This document shows positions 46,328 through 56,003 of a DNA stretch of 64,000 nucleotides, piece by piece. The position numbers were made by a program, and so were the translations under genes. This DNA is from an uncultured archaeon (GTDB taxonomy: Archaea > Thermoproteota > EX4484-205 > JAAOZP01), in the NCBI GenBank assembly GCA_938045545.1, contig CALIBN010000007.1, positions 16,073 through 80,072 on the forward strand. Direction: 5' to 3'. Under the pieces are notes generated by a model. The model had not been told where the DNA came from, ran no database searches, and saw only the letters and a list, made by a program, of their open reading frames with translations. Numbering within the stretch: position 1 is the first letter of the stretch; each line of letters opens with the position of its first letter.

Positions 46328-47250
46328 CTAACCCGGTTATCCCAATATGGTTTTTTCAACATAATTGCCTCAATAAACCTCCTTTTTAAATCATCATCGC
46401 CGCCGCCTGAACGCATTAACCCCACTATGTCCACCAAATTATCGTTTCTCAACAAGCAGGGCTTCAGCCTCCCGTCGCAAGTAACCCTGAGCTTAGAGCA
46501 GTGGGAGCAGAAGTCAGGGTTCCCAGTGGGCGAGACTATTTCGACTAGAACCGTCCTTCCGTTTCTGGGGAGCATGTAGATGGGGCGTTGTCCAGTGTAG
46601 TTGACAGTTTTCCCGGCTGATTTTGAGGAGATGGTTTTTTCAACATACTTAAGGCTGACGTGAAACTCTTGGAAAACCTTCTCACCACCCGGAATCGGCT
46701 GGAGCTCTATGAGCTGGAGAACAGCCCCAATGGAGCCAGCGTAATCCAGCATCTTTTCAACATCCTCTTCGTTAACCCCTTTCAGAACAACCATATTTAT
46801 CTTAACAGGGTTTAGGCCACTCTCTAATGCAGCATTTATCCCTTTGAAAACCCTTGAAACATCCCCGCCACCAGTTATCAGGCTGTACTTTGAAGAATCG
46901 AGACTAGGAAGGTTAACGTTAACTCTTGCTAGTCCCGCGTCCTTAAGATCCCCAGCGTATTTTTCAAGGAGGACACCGTTTGTAACGAGCGAAACCTCCC
47001 TGACGAGCGGGGAGATCGCTTTCACCATGTCGACAACGTCTTCTCTAACCAGTGGTTCTCCACCGGTTATCTTAACAGTTTCAACGCCTATGCTGCTAGC
47101 GACCTCGACGATTTTTCTAACCTCGTTTAAAGCCATGCTTCTCCTAGGAGGAGGGTTCCATTCCCTGTGGCAGAAGAAGCAATTAAGGTTGCAGTTCTCC
47201 GTAACGGATATCCTGAGGTTTTTCAATGGCCCTTCGGCCTGTTGAAACAT
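46324..47250 (-). CDS. moaA: GTP 3',8-cyclase MoaA
   Basis: N-terminal LRISVTENCNLNCFFCHREW radical SAM motif. MoaA C-terminal region with CSHCSKLRVTCDGRLKPCL. Length is 308 aa. Confidence 0.8.
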   Translation of the reverse strand: MFQQAEGPLKNLRISVTENCNLNCFFCHREWNPPPRRSMALNEVRKIVEVASSIGVETVKITGGEPLVREDVVDMVKAISPLVREVSLVTNGVLLEKYAGDLKDAGLARVNVNLPSLDSSKYSLITGGGDVSRVFKGINAALESGLNPVKINMVVLKGVNEEDVEKMLDYAGSIGAVLQLIELQPIPGGEKVFQEFHVSLKYVEKTISSKSAGKTVNYTGQRPIYMLPRNGRTVLVEIVSPTGNPDFCSHCSKLRVTCDGRLKPCLLRNDNLVDIVGLMRSGGGDDDLKRRFIEAIMLKKPYWDNRVS

Positions 47251-47431
47251 TGCGAAAATACTAAAACTCGGTTATAAAAAATTTTACTGGTTACTATGAA
47301 TGGTCGATGTTTAAACGTTTACAAAACGCCTCCTGAAAACGTCTTTCAGTTTAAAAAAAGCATGATCTAATGATTTTTATACCCCAAAACTTTATAAGTT
47401 CAAAAAAAGTATTTTACATGGTGAAAAGAGT

Positions 47432-49414
47432 TTGAGTGAGACGAAAACAGTCTCCGTCATAGAAGAGTTAAAAGCAGGTTTCACCGTTAAAGCAATAATC
47501 CTCGCAATAGTCTTCGGAATAATAGGGCTCTTCGCAAACATAGCTACTTGGTGGGGCCTAGGGATAAGCTTAGAACCTGTTTTTGCAGGCAGAGTAGGGG
47601 CACCAATATACCCACCATACGGGCTCGTTTTCATACTTATTCTTGTAAGTCTGTTCATAAAGGCTTTGACGATCCAGGAGATCGCGGTGATCACTACAAT
47701 AGCGTTCATAACTGCAGACAGCCCGTTCGTCATCGGCGCTTTCCTACAATTCATATTTGCAGGAACCTACTTGGTTAAGACCAACCCCAACGTAGAGGCC
47801 CTGCTAAAGTATTACCCGCCGCTGTGGACCCCGGGCGACTATGACCTGATCGCCCCCGCTTGGGCGGGAAGGGCAGCTGTACCATTGGGCAGGTTGCTCC
47901 CATACCTAGCGTTCTGGATGATAATTATAATCATTTGGTGTCTAATGATGGTTTTCCAGGCCGCGTTAATCAGGCTGCAGCTGATTAAAAAAGAGAGGCT
48001 CCCATTCCCAATGATGATTCCGATTAACGAGATGCTTTCACAGCATCAGAAGGGAACCTTTACGCAATACATGAAGAAGCTTCCATTCATAGCAGGGGTA
48101 ATACTGGGATGCATAATAGGTATACTAGGGGCTTTAAACTATATTATTAAATTCACGACGGTGTTCTTCGCCTTCGGACAGTTCTACCAGCAATGGTTCG
48201 CCGACCTTATGAGCTCGATCTCTCAAAACACGATACAATCCTGGTGGATGTTCATACCCGCGGATGCTGCAATCATGTACCTTGCCCCCTTGGACATTCT
48301 TTCCTCAATAGTCATCTGGCTGTTCATCTTCCAAATCCTGTTCCCACTGGTCCTCGTCAACACTGGGGTGATAACGCCCAACACTAACCCGGCTGGTACA
48401 GGCCCGTTCCCATGGCTAAACTTCAGCTACTACTGGGCCCCGTTGGCGATAGGCATCTGGACAATAGTCTTCGGCTACAAGACTTATGCTGAGAGCTTGA
48501 AGAAGAAGGAGTTTGCCCCGGGCGAACTCCCAAATTCACTCGTATGGTACGGCTTCGCAGCCACATGGCTTCTCTGGCTCATCCTATGGGTCATATTCGG
48601 AGCCAACGTTCTCCCGTTGCTAGTGGGCTTCATCGTGTGGTTCCTGTATACGACGGGTATGGTTGCTGTCTGCGGGGCAACAGGTACCTGGGTAGCTGGA
48701 GGAGACGCTGTTCCGGCGAGATTCTTAGCGTGGGGAGTAGGCACTGGAATAGGCCTGTTCCCAGCAAGCGGTGCGGCTGCTAAAACTCAATCCGCGTGGG
48801 CAACGATGGCCGGCGTCAGCATAACTGCCAGCATGGGTGGAGTGATTCATCAGAACACGCATTCCGCTTGGGCCTACACGTCAACCTACACGATGGTTGA
48901 ACCCGCTAAGGTGAAGGAAACAGACATTCTAAAGTCGCACATCCTAGGAATACTTATAACGGTGCTTATCGGTGTTCCAGTTGCCGTCTACATAATCTAC
49001 GGGACTGGAATAGGCCAGCTGAAGGCCTGGGGCCTCGGCAGCGGTGCAAACATCACCGGCTTCCAAGTGCCATGGGTAGTGGCTGATGCAGCGCCTCCTG
49101 CAGGCTTCCACTGGTGGATGTTCCCACTGGCTATAGTCGTGGTCGGCATCTTGTTCTTCCTGAGGGCTAGGTTCGCATGGTTCTTCTTCAGCCCGTATGC
49201 GTTATTCTTCTACTCTGGAATGTGGCTGATAAACGCCGGGGTAGCGTGGATACTTAAACTCATAACGCTTAAAGTATTCGGAGCGAAGGCCTACGAAGAG
49301 GTTGGAGTACCCGTAGCAATAGGCTTCATGGTTGGTGTCACTCTCATGGCTACGATAATCATGGGAGTGAACTCTGCTACCGGAGGAATATCAGTAGGAC
49401 CGACAGGCTATTAG
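47432..49414 (+). CDS. Polytopic membrane protein (about 14–16 TM), unknown family; paralog of 54082..56001
   Basis: 660 aa, highly hydrophobic. It shares an E(R/K)LPFP motif (KKERLPFPMMIPINEM) and overall architecture with 54082..56001. TTG start, with a TATA-like ctttataagtt about 33–44 nt upstream. Confidence 0.5.
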   Translation: MSETKTVSVIEELKAGFTVKAIILAIVFGIIGLFANIATWWGLGISLEPVFAGRVGAPIYPPYGLVFILILVSLFIKALTIQEIAVITTIAFITADSPFVIGAFLQFIFAGTYLVKTNPNVEALLKYYPPLWTPGDYDLIAPAWAGRAAVPLGRLLPYLAFWMIIIIIWCLMMVFQAALIRLQLIKKERLPFPMMIPINEMLSQHQKGTFTQYMKKLPFIAGVILGCIIGILGALNYIIKFTTVFFAFGQFYQQWFADLMSSISQNTIQSWWMFIPADAAIMYLAPLDILSSIVIWLFIFQILFPLVLVNTGVITPNTNPAGTGPFPWLNFSYYWAPLAIGIWTIVFGYKTYAESLKKKEFAPGELPNSLVWYGFAATWLLWLILWVIFGANVLPLLVGFIVWFLYTTGMVAVCGATGTWVAGGDAVPARFLAWGVGTGIGLFPASGAAAKTQSAWATMAGVSITASMGGVIHQNTHSAWAYTSTYTMVEPAKVKETDILKSHILGILITVLIGVPVAVYIIYGTGIGQLKAWGLGSGANITGFQVPWVVADAAPPAGFHWWMFPLAIVVVGILFFLRARFAWFFFSPYALFFYSGMWLINAGVAWILKLITLKVFGAKAYEEVGVPVAIGFMVGVTLMATIIMGVNSATGGISVGPTGY

Positions 49415-49564
49415 ATCCAAACCCTCTTTTTTTTGAGCCACGGCTTAGTTGCTTCCATGTCAGCTTAAGCCTCCTTATCGTTACCCTTGAGGACATGAGC
49501 TTCCTTTTAAAGAGGGGTTTTAACGACGTAAAGTTTAAATCAATCTCGGTGGAGTTCCACGTTA

Positions 49565-52500
49565 ATGATAATAGTCCAAAGAAAATATTTGCTTGTTGCT
49601 GTGTTTTTAACGATGCTTGTTGTCCCTCTCTTAGCAATACGGGGGAGTCGGGAGGCTGTTGAAGAAAAAACCTGGTTAAACCAGGAAGCCCCGTTGGTTT
49701 CAGCTGACAGGATAAGAGACTATGTGGCGTTGTTTTCATCAATACAGTCAAGGTTCACAGGCTACCCGGGCTCTCTCCAAGCAGCCAGAATCATAATGGA
49801 CAAGTTTAACGAATCTGACCTGAATGTTAGCCTTTTCAACTACACGGTGCTGGTCCCGTATGACTCCGGCTCATACATGAAGGTGGGTGGAAGAGTGATT
49901 AAGGCTTATGCTCTCTACCCTAATGTTGTAGCCACGGGTTTGAAAAAGGCTTCCGGAAAGCTTGTCTACGCGGGCCACGGTACTCCGGAGGAGCTTAGGG
50001 GACTTGACGTGAATGGTAACATAGTCCTCCTTGAGTTTAACTCCGGGTCTGCATGGGTAGACATGGTTAAGCTGGGCGCCTCCGGCATCGTTTTCCTAGA
50101 GGACGGTGACACGAATCGCTTCGAAGCATTGAGAAAAATCTCCTCTGTCCCACTGAATACTCCAAGAATATACGTAGCAGGCCAGGAAGCGTCTCAGCTC
50201 AGAGAAATCGCTAAAAACAATCCGGTTGCAGAGCTCGTTAACGGTATGGAGTGGAGAGAAGTTGAGGCTGTTAACGTGATTGGGGAAATGAAGGGTGTTG
50301 AAGACCCGTCTAAAGTAATTATTATAACGGCGAACTATGACTCCGGGTCGATTGTACCAGGGGTCGCTCCGGGGGCTGATGAAGCCATAGGTATTTCTGT
50401 CATGCTTGAATTCATCAGATCTTTGAAGCATCAGGGCCTCTCGCCGAGATACACAGTTCTTTTTATAGCGATGTCTGGACATTGGCAGGCCCTAGCCGGT
50501 GCTAGAAGCTTCGTGGAACAATTCTACTTTAACAATTCCGCGATAGGCAGGGAAGTCTTCCCGTATCTCGTCATAGACATTAAGATCAGCTCAGGAAGCC
50601 CGCACTTAAACCTTGTTTACAGCGGCATGATGTACTCCATCAATACTCAGTATATTGCAAGCAGGTTCAGAGACCTCCGAATATTTTTTGCAAATTCAAT
50701 TAAATCTTTCATTCAATCTTTCCCAAGCTATAGCGAAAAGGTTTTAACGAGCAACCTGTATCCTGGTCTATACGGCATTGCATACGACTCGGCTAGTCCC
50801 GGTTTTCAGAAGGGCCTTGCCTTCAAGCATATTCTCGAAATGGAGCCTTTTGAGCTGGCTAACAGCATTGGGCTCGGAATAATTACTTTCGACGACTTCA
50901 GGTATCGCGTTTTCACCCCGTCTGACAGGCTGGAGTTCATCGATTTCCAGAACGTCATACCTCAAGCACAGCTAACATTCCAGATCCTGTTCGACCTGTT
51001 GAAGGCTCCGGTTGAAGAATGGTATCCAGGCAGTTGGGAGGGTTTAAGACCGTTAAGAATGGGTGAAACCTACACTGGAGTTGGTTTCACTGTATTAAAG
51101 GTTGAAGTGGTTGAATACGACCCGACTACGCCAGGCCTATACAGCCCGGTTCCAAAAGCTTTCGTCACAGTGGGGAGCACGTTGGACCCATTCACGCTGA
51201 TGTTTTCTAAATCAGATTCTTCAGGCTTCGCGGTGTTCAGGGGTTTAAGGCCATATCCTGAGGCGACGACCGCGTTGCAAACCCCTATTCAGAGCTACGT
51301 GATCGACGAGGAGGGGAGAATAATCTACGCCCCAGACAGGGGGCAGCATGGTGCCGGAACATATCCTTCAAGCGTAACGATAGTCTCACCTGAACAATTC
51401 ACGAGGAACGTTGTGTTTAAATGCGGGAGCGCCGTCATGTTCGATTTAACCGACCCGGACACTCTGCAGGCTGCAGTCTCTCCAAGCTCGATGTTTGGAA
51501 CCACGAATGCTTATTCGGCACAGCTCAGGAATTACGGTGGCTACGAGACCCCGCTAACGATAAGCGTGATGATGATGCAGATACCTGGATACTCTATTCT
51601 AGACTCGTTCGGCTACGAGTTCGACCCCATTCTGTCGGTTGCACAGGTTTACGCCCCGCCCCGCATCAGGTTCGGCTTCGTTGTTAAAAGCACGTCTATG
51701 GCTAAAACGGTTGCAGTCTATACGAATGTGACTCTGCAGAACCAGGATGGGTACGGGTATTATTTGGGTAAAGAGGGGGACAGGCTGCTCGTAAAGGGTG
51801 GAATACCCGGCATGTTCATGGAGATGTTGACATTAGCATATGGCAGGTATTTGGCTCAAGCAGATATTCAAGTTCTGGACCCAAAGACGATGGAGAATTT
51901 GAATTATGCGATAATGTTTAACCAGACGCTTCTTCAGACGGCTTCGAAAAAGGATTACAGCGGGTTCTTGACGAGCGCTTTAATGGCTTGGGGGTTCTCC
52001 AGCAAGGCTTACCAAAGCTCTTTGAGCGTTGTACGCGACGCGGTTACGAGCATAATTCTCGTATTCGCTTTAGCAATACCCTTCATCCTTCTGTTTTCCT
52101 CCCTGGTTTACAATTTGAGCAGCGGCTTTAGAAGCGTCGCCCTTACTCTTGCTGTGGCGCTGTCCGTGGCGTTGCTTTTAACAGTATTCCACCCGGGTTT
52201 CGGGCTAGCGGTAAACGTGCCTGCAATATTCATAGGGACGCTGATAGTTGCCCTGGTTATTCCAGTGATGTTCTTCCTGTTCTCCAACTTCTCTACAGGG
52301 CTTTCCAGGCTGAGGAGAGAAGTTCTTGGTGCGCACTTCCTTGAGAGAAGCGGATTCGACGTTTCGTTTTCAGCCGTATCCATAGGAATAGGCAACTTGA
52401 AGAAGCGTAAGTTTAGAACAGTATTAACGATGCTGTGCATAGTAATCATAAGCTTCTCGCTTTCGTCTCTGACTTCCGTGACGGAGATAAGGGCTTTAAG

Positions 52501-54082
52501 AGTTACCCCAACGCCCACCGAGGTAACTTACAACGGGGTGCTGCTGAGAACAGCCAACTTCGTCCCTTTAAACAGGAAGTTGATCGACCTAGTGTCAACC
52601 TACATATCTGGCAAGACACTTTATGCTCCGAGGTACTGGGTTTATCTTCCTTCCACTCCTGGAGAGGGGACTGCTGGCACAATAGTAATATCCTCTGAGA
52701 AAAGCAAGGCTTTGATCTACGCGGCTGTCGGAATAAGCCCTGTAGAGTTGAAAGCATCGTTCAAGCAGGTTGAAAAAATACTTTTAGAAGGATCCATGTT
52801 TAAAGAGGAAGAGGTTTTCTCAGCATTATTGCCGAACAGCCTTGCGGAAAGCCTTAAGGTGAAGACAGGCGAATACGTCTGGGTTAACGGCTTCCGCTTA
52901 AGAGTAGCAGGCATACTCAACACGACCGCAATTCTAGCATATGTGAAAGATTCAGATGGTTTCGTGGACGTCCTGCCCATGGACACGTATATTCTTTCGA
53001 ACGAGAGAACTCCTCCCCGTGCTGAGGCAGCGTTGAGCCCAGGATCCGTAATATTCGTGCCCGCCGGCCTGGTTGAATTGATTCCGGAGGCATGCTTGAC
53101 AAGCGTTTTCATACCGGCAGACGGGATGGTGTTCGAGGAACTTTACGAGAAGTGCGGCGAGGTTTTCTCCGCTTTCGAAGGTTTAAACATTTATCTGACG
53201 TATAACGGCACTGTCTACCGGTTCTCCAAGGAGAACGTTATCTCGCTATTCGGCTTCCAGTTCATTCTAATACCCATGATCATCGCGGGGCTGATAACTA
53301 TGTCGACGATCCTAGGCGGAGTCATGGAGAGAATACGTGAGGGCTACATATATAGCAGTCTAGGCCTAGCACCGGTTCAAGTAGGCTTAATGTTCTTCGG
53401 GGAGAACATCATATACGCTATCGTAGGCTCGATGACAGGCTATCTCGGCGGCATCTCAGCCTCATACTTGACGAGGAAAATAGGCTTGATAAACCTCCCT
53501 GTGAACTACACGTCGTCATTCGTCATGATAGCTGTCGGTCTGGTGATAGTGCTGGTTCTGGCAGCGTCGCTCTACCCGTTCTACAGAGTCTCCGTCACAG
53601 TAACCCCGTCGCTAGAGAGGAAGTGGCGTCTCCAGACTAAGCCGAAGGGAGACTCGTGGGACATACCGATACCTTTCCGTATAAAGGAGGATGATAGGGC
53701 CGCAGGAATGGCTGTTTTCCTCCATGAGTATCTCTGGAATAAGAGGATAGAGAGGGCAGGAGTCTTCTCCATTGAAAACGTTGAGGTCAGCAAGATAGAG
53801 TCTGGGATTGGTATTAAGTCAAGAGTCTGGCTGGCACCATTCGAGCAGAACATAAAGCAGGATATGAACATAGTGATATTGAAGAGCAAGACAGAGCAGA
53901 ATTTCCTTATTTTAATGAATCTAACCAGGGTGTCCGGACCCTACGACTCATGGGTCAGGTTCAACTATCCCTTTATTGATGAGATAAGGAAGCAAATGCT
54001 GATATGGAACGTTCTCAATCCAGAGGAGCGGGAGAAATACATACGTATGGCTAGGGAGCGTAGCCTAGTAGGTGAGAAATAA
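49565..54082 (+). CDS. Giant (1505-aa) membrane protein: signal-anchor TM + ~760-aa extracytoplasmic PA/M28-peptidase-like (degenerate) region + tandem FtsX-like permease TM modules + ~180-aa cytoplasmic tail
   Basis: N-terminal TM LLVAVFLTMLVVPLLAI. M28-like segment IIITANYDSGS…GADEAIGISVMLEF…SGHWQALAGARSF, in which the canonical H-x-D, D-D and E-E residues are replaced. FtsX/MacB-like TM signatures: KKRKFRTVLTMLCIVIISFSLSS (TM1-like) and LIPMIIAGLITMSTILGGVMERIREGYIYSSLGLAPVQVGLMFFGENIIYAIVGSMTGYLGG (TM2–4-like). An earlier three-TM block is consistent with a first FtsX-like half. Confidence 0.55.
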   Translation: MIIVQRKYLLVAVFLTMLVVPLLAIRGSREAVEEKTWLNQEAPLVSADRIRDYVALFSSIQSRFTGYPGSLQAARIIMDKFNESDLNVSLFNYTVLVPYDSGSYMKVGGRVIKAYALYPNVVATGLKKASGKLVYAGHGTPEELRGLDVNGNIVLLEFNSGSAWVDMVKLGASGIVFLEDGDTNRFEALRKISSVPLNTPRIYVAGQEASQLREIAKNNPVAELVNGMEWREVEAVNVIGEMKGVEDPSKVIIITANYDSGSIVPGVAPGADEAIGISVMLEFIRSLKHQGLSPRYTVLFIAMSGHWQALAGARSFVEQFYFNNSAIGREVFPYLVIDIKISSGSPHLNLVYSGMMYSINTQYIASRFRDLRIFFANSIKSFIQSFPSYSEKVLTSNLYPGLYGIAYDSASPGFQKGLAFKHILEMEPFELANSIGLGIITFDDFRYRVFTPSDRLEFIDFQNVIPQAQLTFQILFDLLKAPVEEWYPGSWEGLRPLRMGETYTGVGFTVLKVEVVEYDPTTPGLYSPVPKAFVTVGSTLDPFTLMFSKSDSSGFAVFRGLRPYPEATTALQTPIQSYVIDEEGRIIYAPDRGQHGAGTYPSSVTIVSPEQFTRNVVFKCGSAVMFDLTDPDTLQAAVSPSSMFGTTNAYSAQLRNYGGYETPLTISVMMMQIPGYSILDSFGYEFDPILSVAQVYAPPRIRFGFVVKSTSMAKTVAVYTNVTLQNQDGYGYYLGKEGDRLLVKGGIPGMFMEMLTLAYGRYLAQADIQVLDPKTMENLNYAIMFNQTLLQTASKKDYSGFLTSALMAWGFSSKAYQSSLSVVRDAVTSIILVFALAIPFILLFSSLVYNLSSGFRSVALTLAVALSVALLLTVFHPGFGLAVNVPAIFIGTLIVALVIPVMFFLFSNFSTGLSRLRREVLGAHFLERSGFDVSFSAVSIGIGNLKKRKFRTVLTMLCIVIISFSLSSLTSVTEIRALRVTPTPTEVTYNGVLLRTANFVPLNRKLIDLVSTYISGKTLYAPRYWVYLPSTPGEGTAGTIVISSEKSKALIYAAVGISPVELKASFKQVEKILLEGSMFKEEEVFSALLPNSLAESLKVKTGEYVWVNGFRLRVAGILNTTAILAYVKDSDGFVDVLPMDTYILSNERTPPRAEAALSPGSVIFVPAGLVELIPEACLTSVFIPADGMVFEELYEKCGEVFSAFEGLNIYLTYNGTVYRFSKENVISLFGFQFILIPMIIAGLITMSTILGGVMERIREGYIYSSLGLAPVQVGLMFFGENIIYAIVGSMTGYLGGISASYLTRKIGLINLPVNYTSSFVMIAVGLVIVLVLAASLYPFYRVSVTVTPSLERKWRLQTKPKGDSWDIPIPFRIKEDDRAAGMAVFLHEYLWNKRIERAGVFSIENVEVSKIESGIGIKSRVWLAPFEQNIKQDMNIVILKSKTEQNFLILMNLTRVSGPYDSWVRFNYPFIDEIRKQMLIWNVLNPEEREKYIRMARERSLVGEK

Positions 54083-56001
54083 TGGAAGAGGCTGCACGTG
54101 AAAAAGAAGCTTTCATCCCTGGGCTGACAATCGTATCGGTCTCCGCAGTATTGTTCGGGCTTGTGGTAATCGTGCCCGCAATAATCTATTTAGGCTGGGC
54201 CGTCGGCTCTTTAGGTGGGACCGAGAGGTTCATCCCGGTTTTCGTCACAATCCTCCTATTCACCGAGGCGGGGAGGCTCGTTAAGAGGTATATAACATCG
54301 CAGGAGGCTTACATAATATACTTCATGCTTCAAGCCATAGCCCTATGGTTCGTCGGCGGAGGAATGTTCGGCGATTTCCTTATAAGGTATTACTACAGGT
54401 CCGCCCCTTACACTATCCTATACGGTATCGCTGAAAAGCTTCCCACATGGTATGTCCCTGAGCTCGGGAGCTACGGCCCACTCCACAGGACTTTCCTCTC
54501 CCCAGACTGGGTGATTCCGATATCGATTTCTCTAGCTGTTAACGTTTGCGTGCTGATGATAGATTACGGTGTTTCTTTCATAACAAACATGCTCTACATA
54601 GAGATAGAGAAGCTCCCATTCCCCGTCGCACCCATAGACTACCAGGCGATTTCAACCCTTACTGAGAGAACACCTGAGAAAATAATGTACTTCTCTTTCG
54701 CCGCTGTGATAAGCTTCATCTACGAGTTCGCCATCTATGGGATTCCAAACATAACCTCGATTTTCCTAGGCAGGGCTATAACCGTCATACCGTATCCCTG
54801 GGTGGACTTAACCACGGGGATTGAAAGAATCCTGCCAGGAGCCGTTTTTGCAGTCGGAACTGATATTGCTCAATACATGGTGGGCTGGCTTATCCCGTTT
54901 AACGCCGCGGTATGGATGTTCATCGGGTCGGTGGCAGTCTGGGTTTTCGGAAACTCTATAGCGCTCAGGATTGACCATCCCTACTTCAGCATGTGGCAGA
55001 GAGAATGGACTTACGGCGCGTCAATCCAATGGTGGTGGCAGAGAGCAATCTACGACCTGTGGGCAAGTCCACAAGTAGGTTTAACACTCGGGATCGCGCT
55101 TGGAATACTTGCTGTAGGAGCCAAAAACATTGCGCGAGCAATCCTCTCCCTCAGACATCTTTCGGCAGAGCAGCTTAAAACATCATACTTGCCTTTCAGC
55201 TGGATAGTTGCTTTAATCGCCGCCGGGTCTATAGGCGGGTTGCTTGTTTCAGTCTCCCTTGCCCCAGAACTATGGTTCGTCTGGGTGGTGACCTGGACGA
55301 TAGTTCCGTTTATTCAAGGTATTCTGACAGCCAGGGCCACTGCTGAAACCGGGTTATCTGTCACCATACCCTACATTAGGGAGGCGTTCTTCGTTTCTTT
55401 CACAAGGCCTGGAGACGTGGTCCCGTGGGTGGTTCCGACTCATGTGACAAGTAGCGCCGGGATAATTACGCACAGGGTCTACGTGGCTAAGCTCCTGAAA
55501 GTCAGGCCCCTGGACTACTACAAGGCCTACCTCATATTCTTCATAGTAGCTATTCTCCTATCCCTGCTGTACGTTTCAATATTCTGGGCGATGACACCCA
55601 TACCTTCTGCCTTCTACCCCTACGCCAGCTACTCCTGGCCTATTTCAGCCCTCTACTTCTCCCTATGGGTCTCCAGGTCGATCGAGATTTTCAAGGTGGA
55701 CGTGATAGCTATCTCAAGCGTCTTATCCTTCATAATGGTCGTCGTCTCCTCCCGTTTCCCAACGCAATACTTCTCCCCAATAGGCTTCCTATACGGTTTT
55801 CAAAACATTCCCGCTTACACGCTTCCACCGTTGATCGGAGCCCTGATCGGAAAATGGCTTGAGAGGAGAATGGGTAAGGATAAATGGGTGGTGCGGAGAG
55901 GAGTGATAATCGCCGGAACATTCTGCGGGATCGCGCTTGCAGTAGCAGCCGCTGTCGCCGTCACTATAATGGGGAGAGCGATAACAGCTAAACCTTTCTA
56001 G
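54082..56001 (+). CDS. Polytopic membrane protein (about 14 TM), unknown family; paralog of 47432..49414
   Basis: 639 aa. Its start overlaps the stop of the 1505-aa gene (ATAATGG). It shares IEKLPFPVAPIDYQA with the upstream paralog. Confidence 0.5.
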   Translation: MEEAAREKEAFIPGLTIVSVSAVLFGLVVIVPAIIYLGWAVGSLGGTERFIPVFVTILLFTEAGRLVKRYITSQEAYIIYFMLQAIALWFVGGGMFGDFLIRYYYRSAPYTILYGIAEKLPTWYVPELGSYGPLHRTFLSPDWVIPISISLAVNVCVLMIDYGVSFITNMLYIEIEKLPFPVAPIDYQAISTLTERTPEKIMYFSFAAVISFIYEFAIYGIPNITSIFLGRAITVIPYPWVDLTTGIERILPGAVFAVGTDIAQYMVGWLIPFNAAVWMFIGSVAVWVFGNSIALRIDHPYFSMWQREWTYGASIQWWWQRAIYDLWASPQVGLTLGIALGILAVGAKNIARAILSLRHLSAEQLKTSYLPFSWIVALIAAGSIGGLLVSVSLAPELWFVWVVTWTIVPFIQGILTARATAETGLSVTIPYIREAFFVSFTRPGDVVPWVVPTHVTSSAGIITHRVYVAKLLKVRPLDYYKAYLIFFIVAILLSLLYVSIFWAMTPIPSAFYPYASYSWPISALYFSLWVSRSIEIFKVDVIAISSVLSFIMVVVSSRFPTQYFSPIGFLYGFQNIPAYTLPPLIGALIGKWLERRMGKDKWVVRRGVIIAGTFCGIALAVAAAVAVTIMGRAITAKPF

Positions 56002-56003
56002 AG

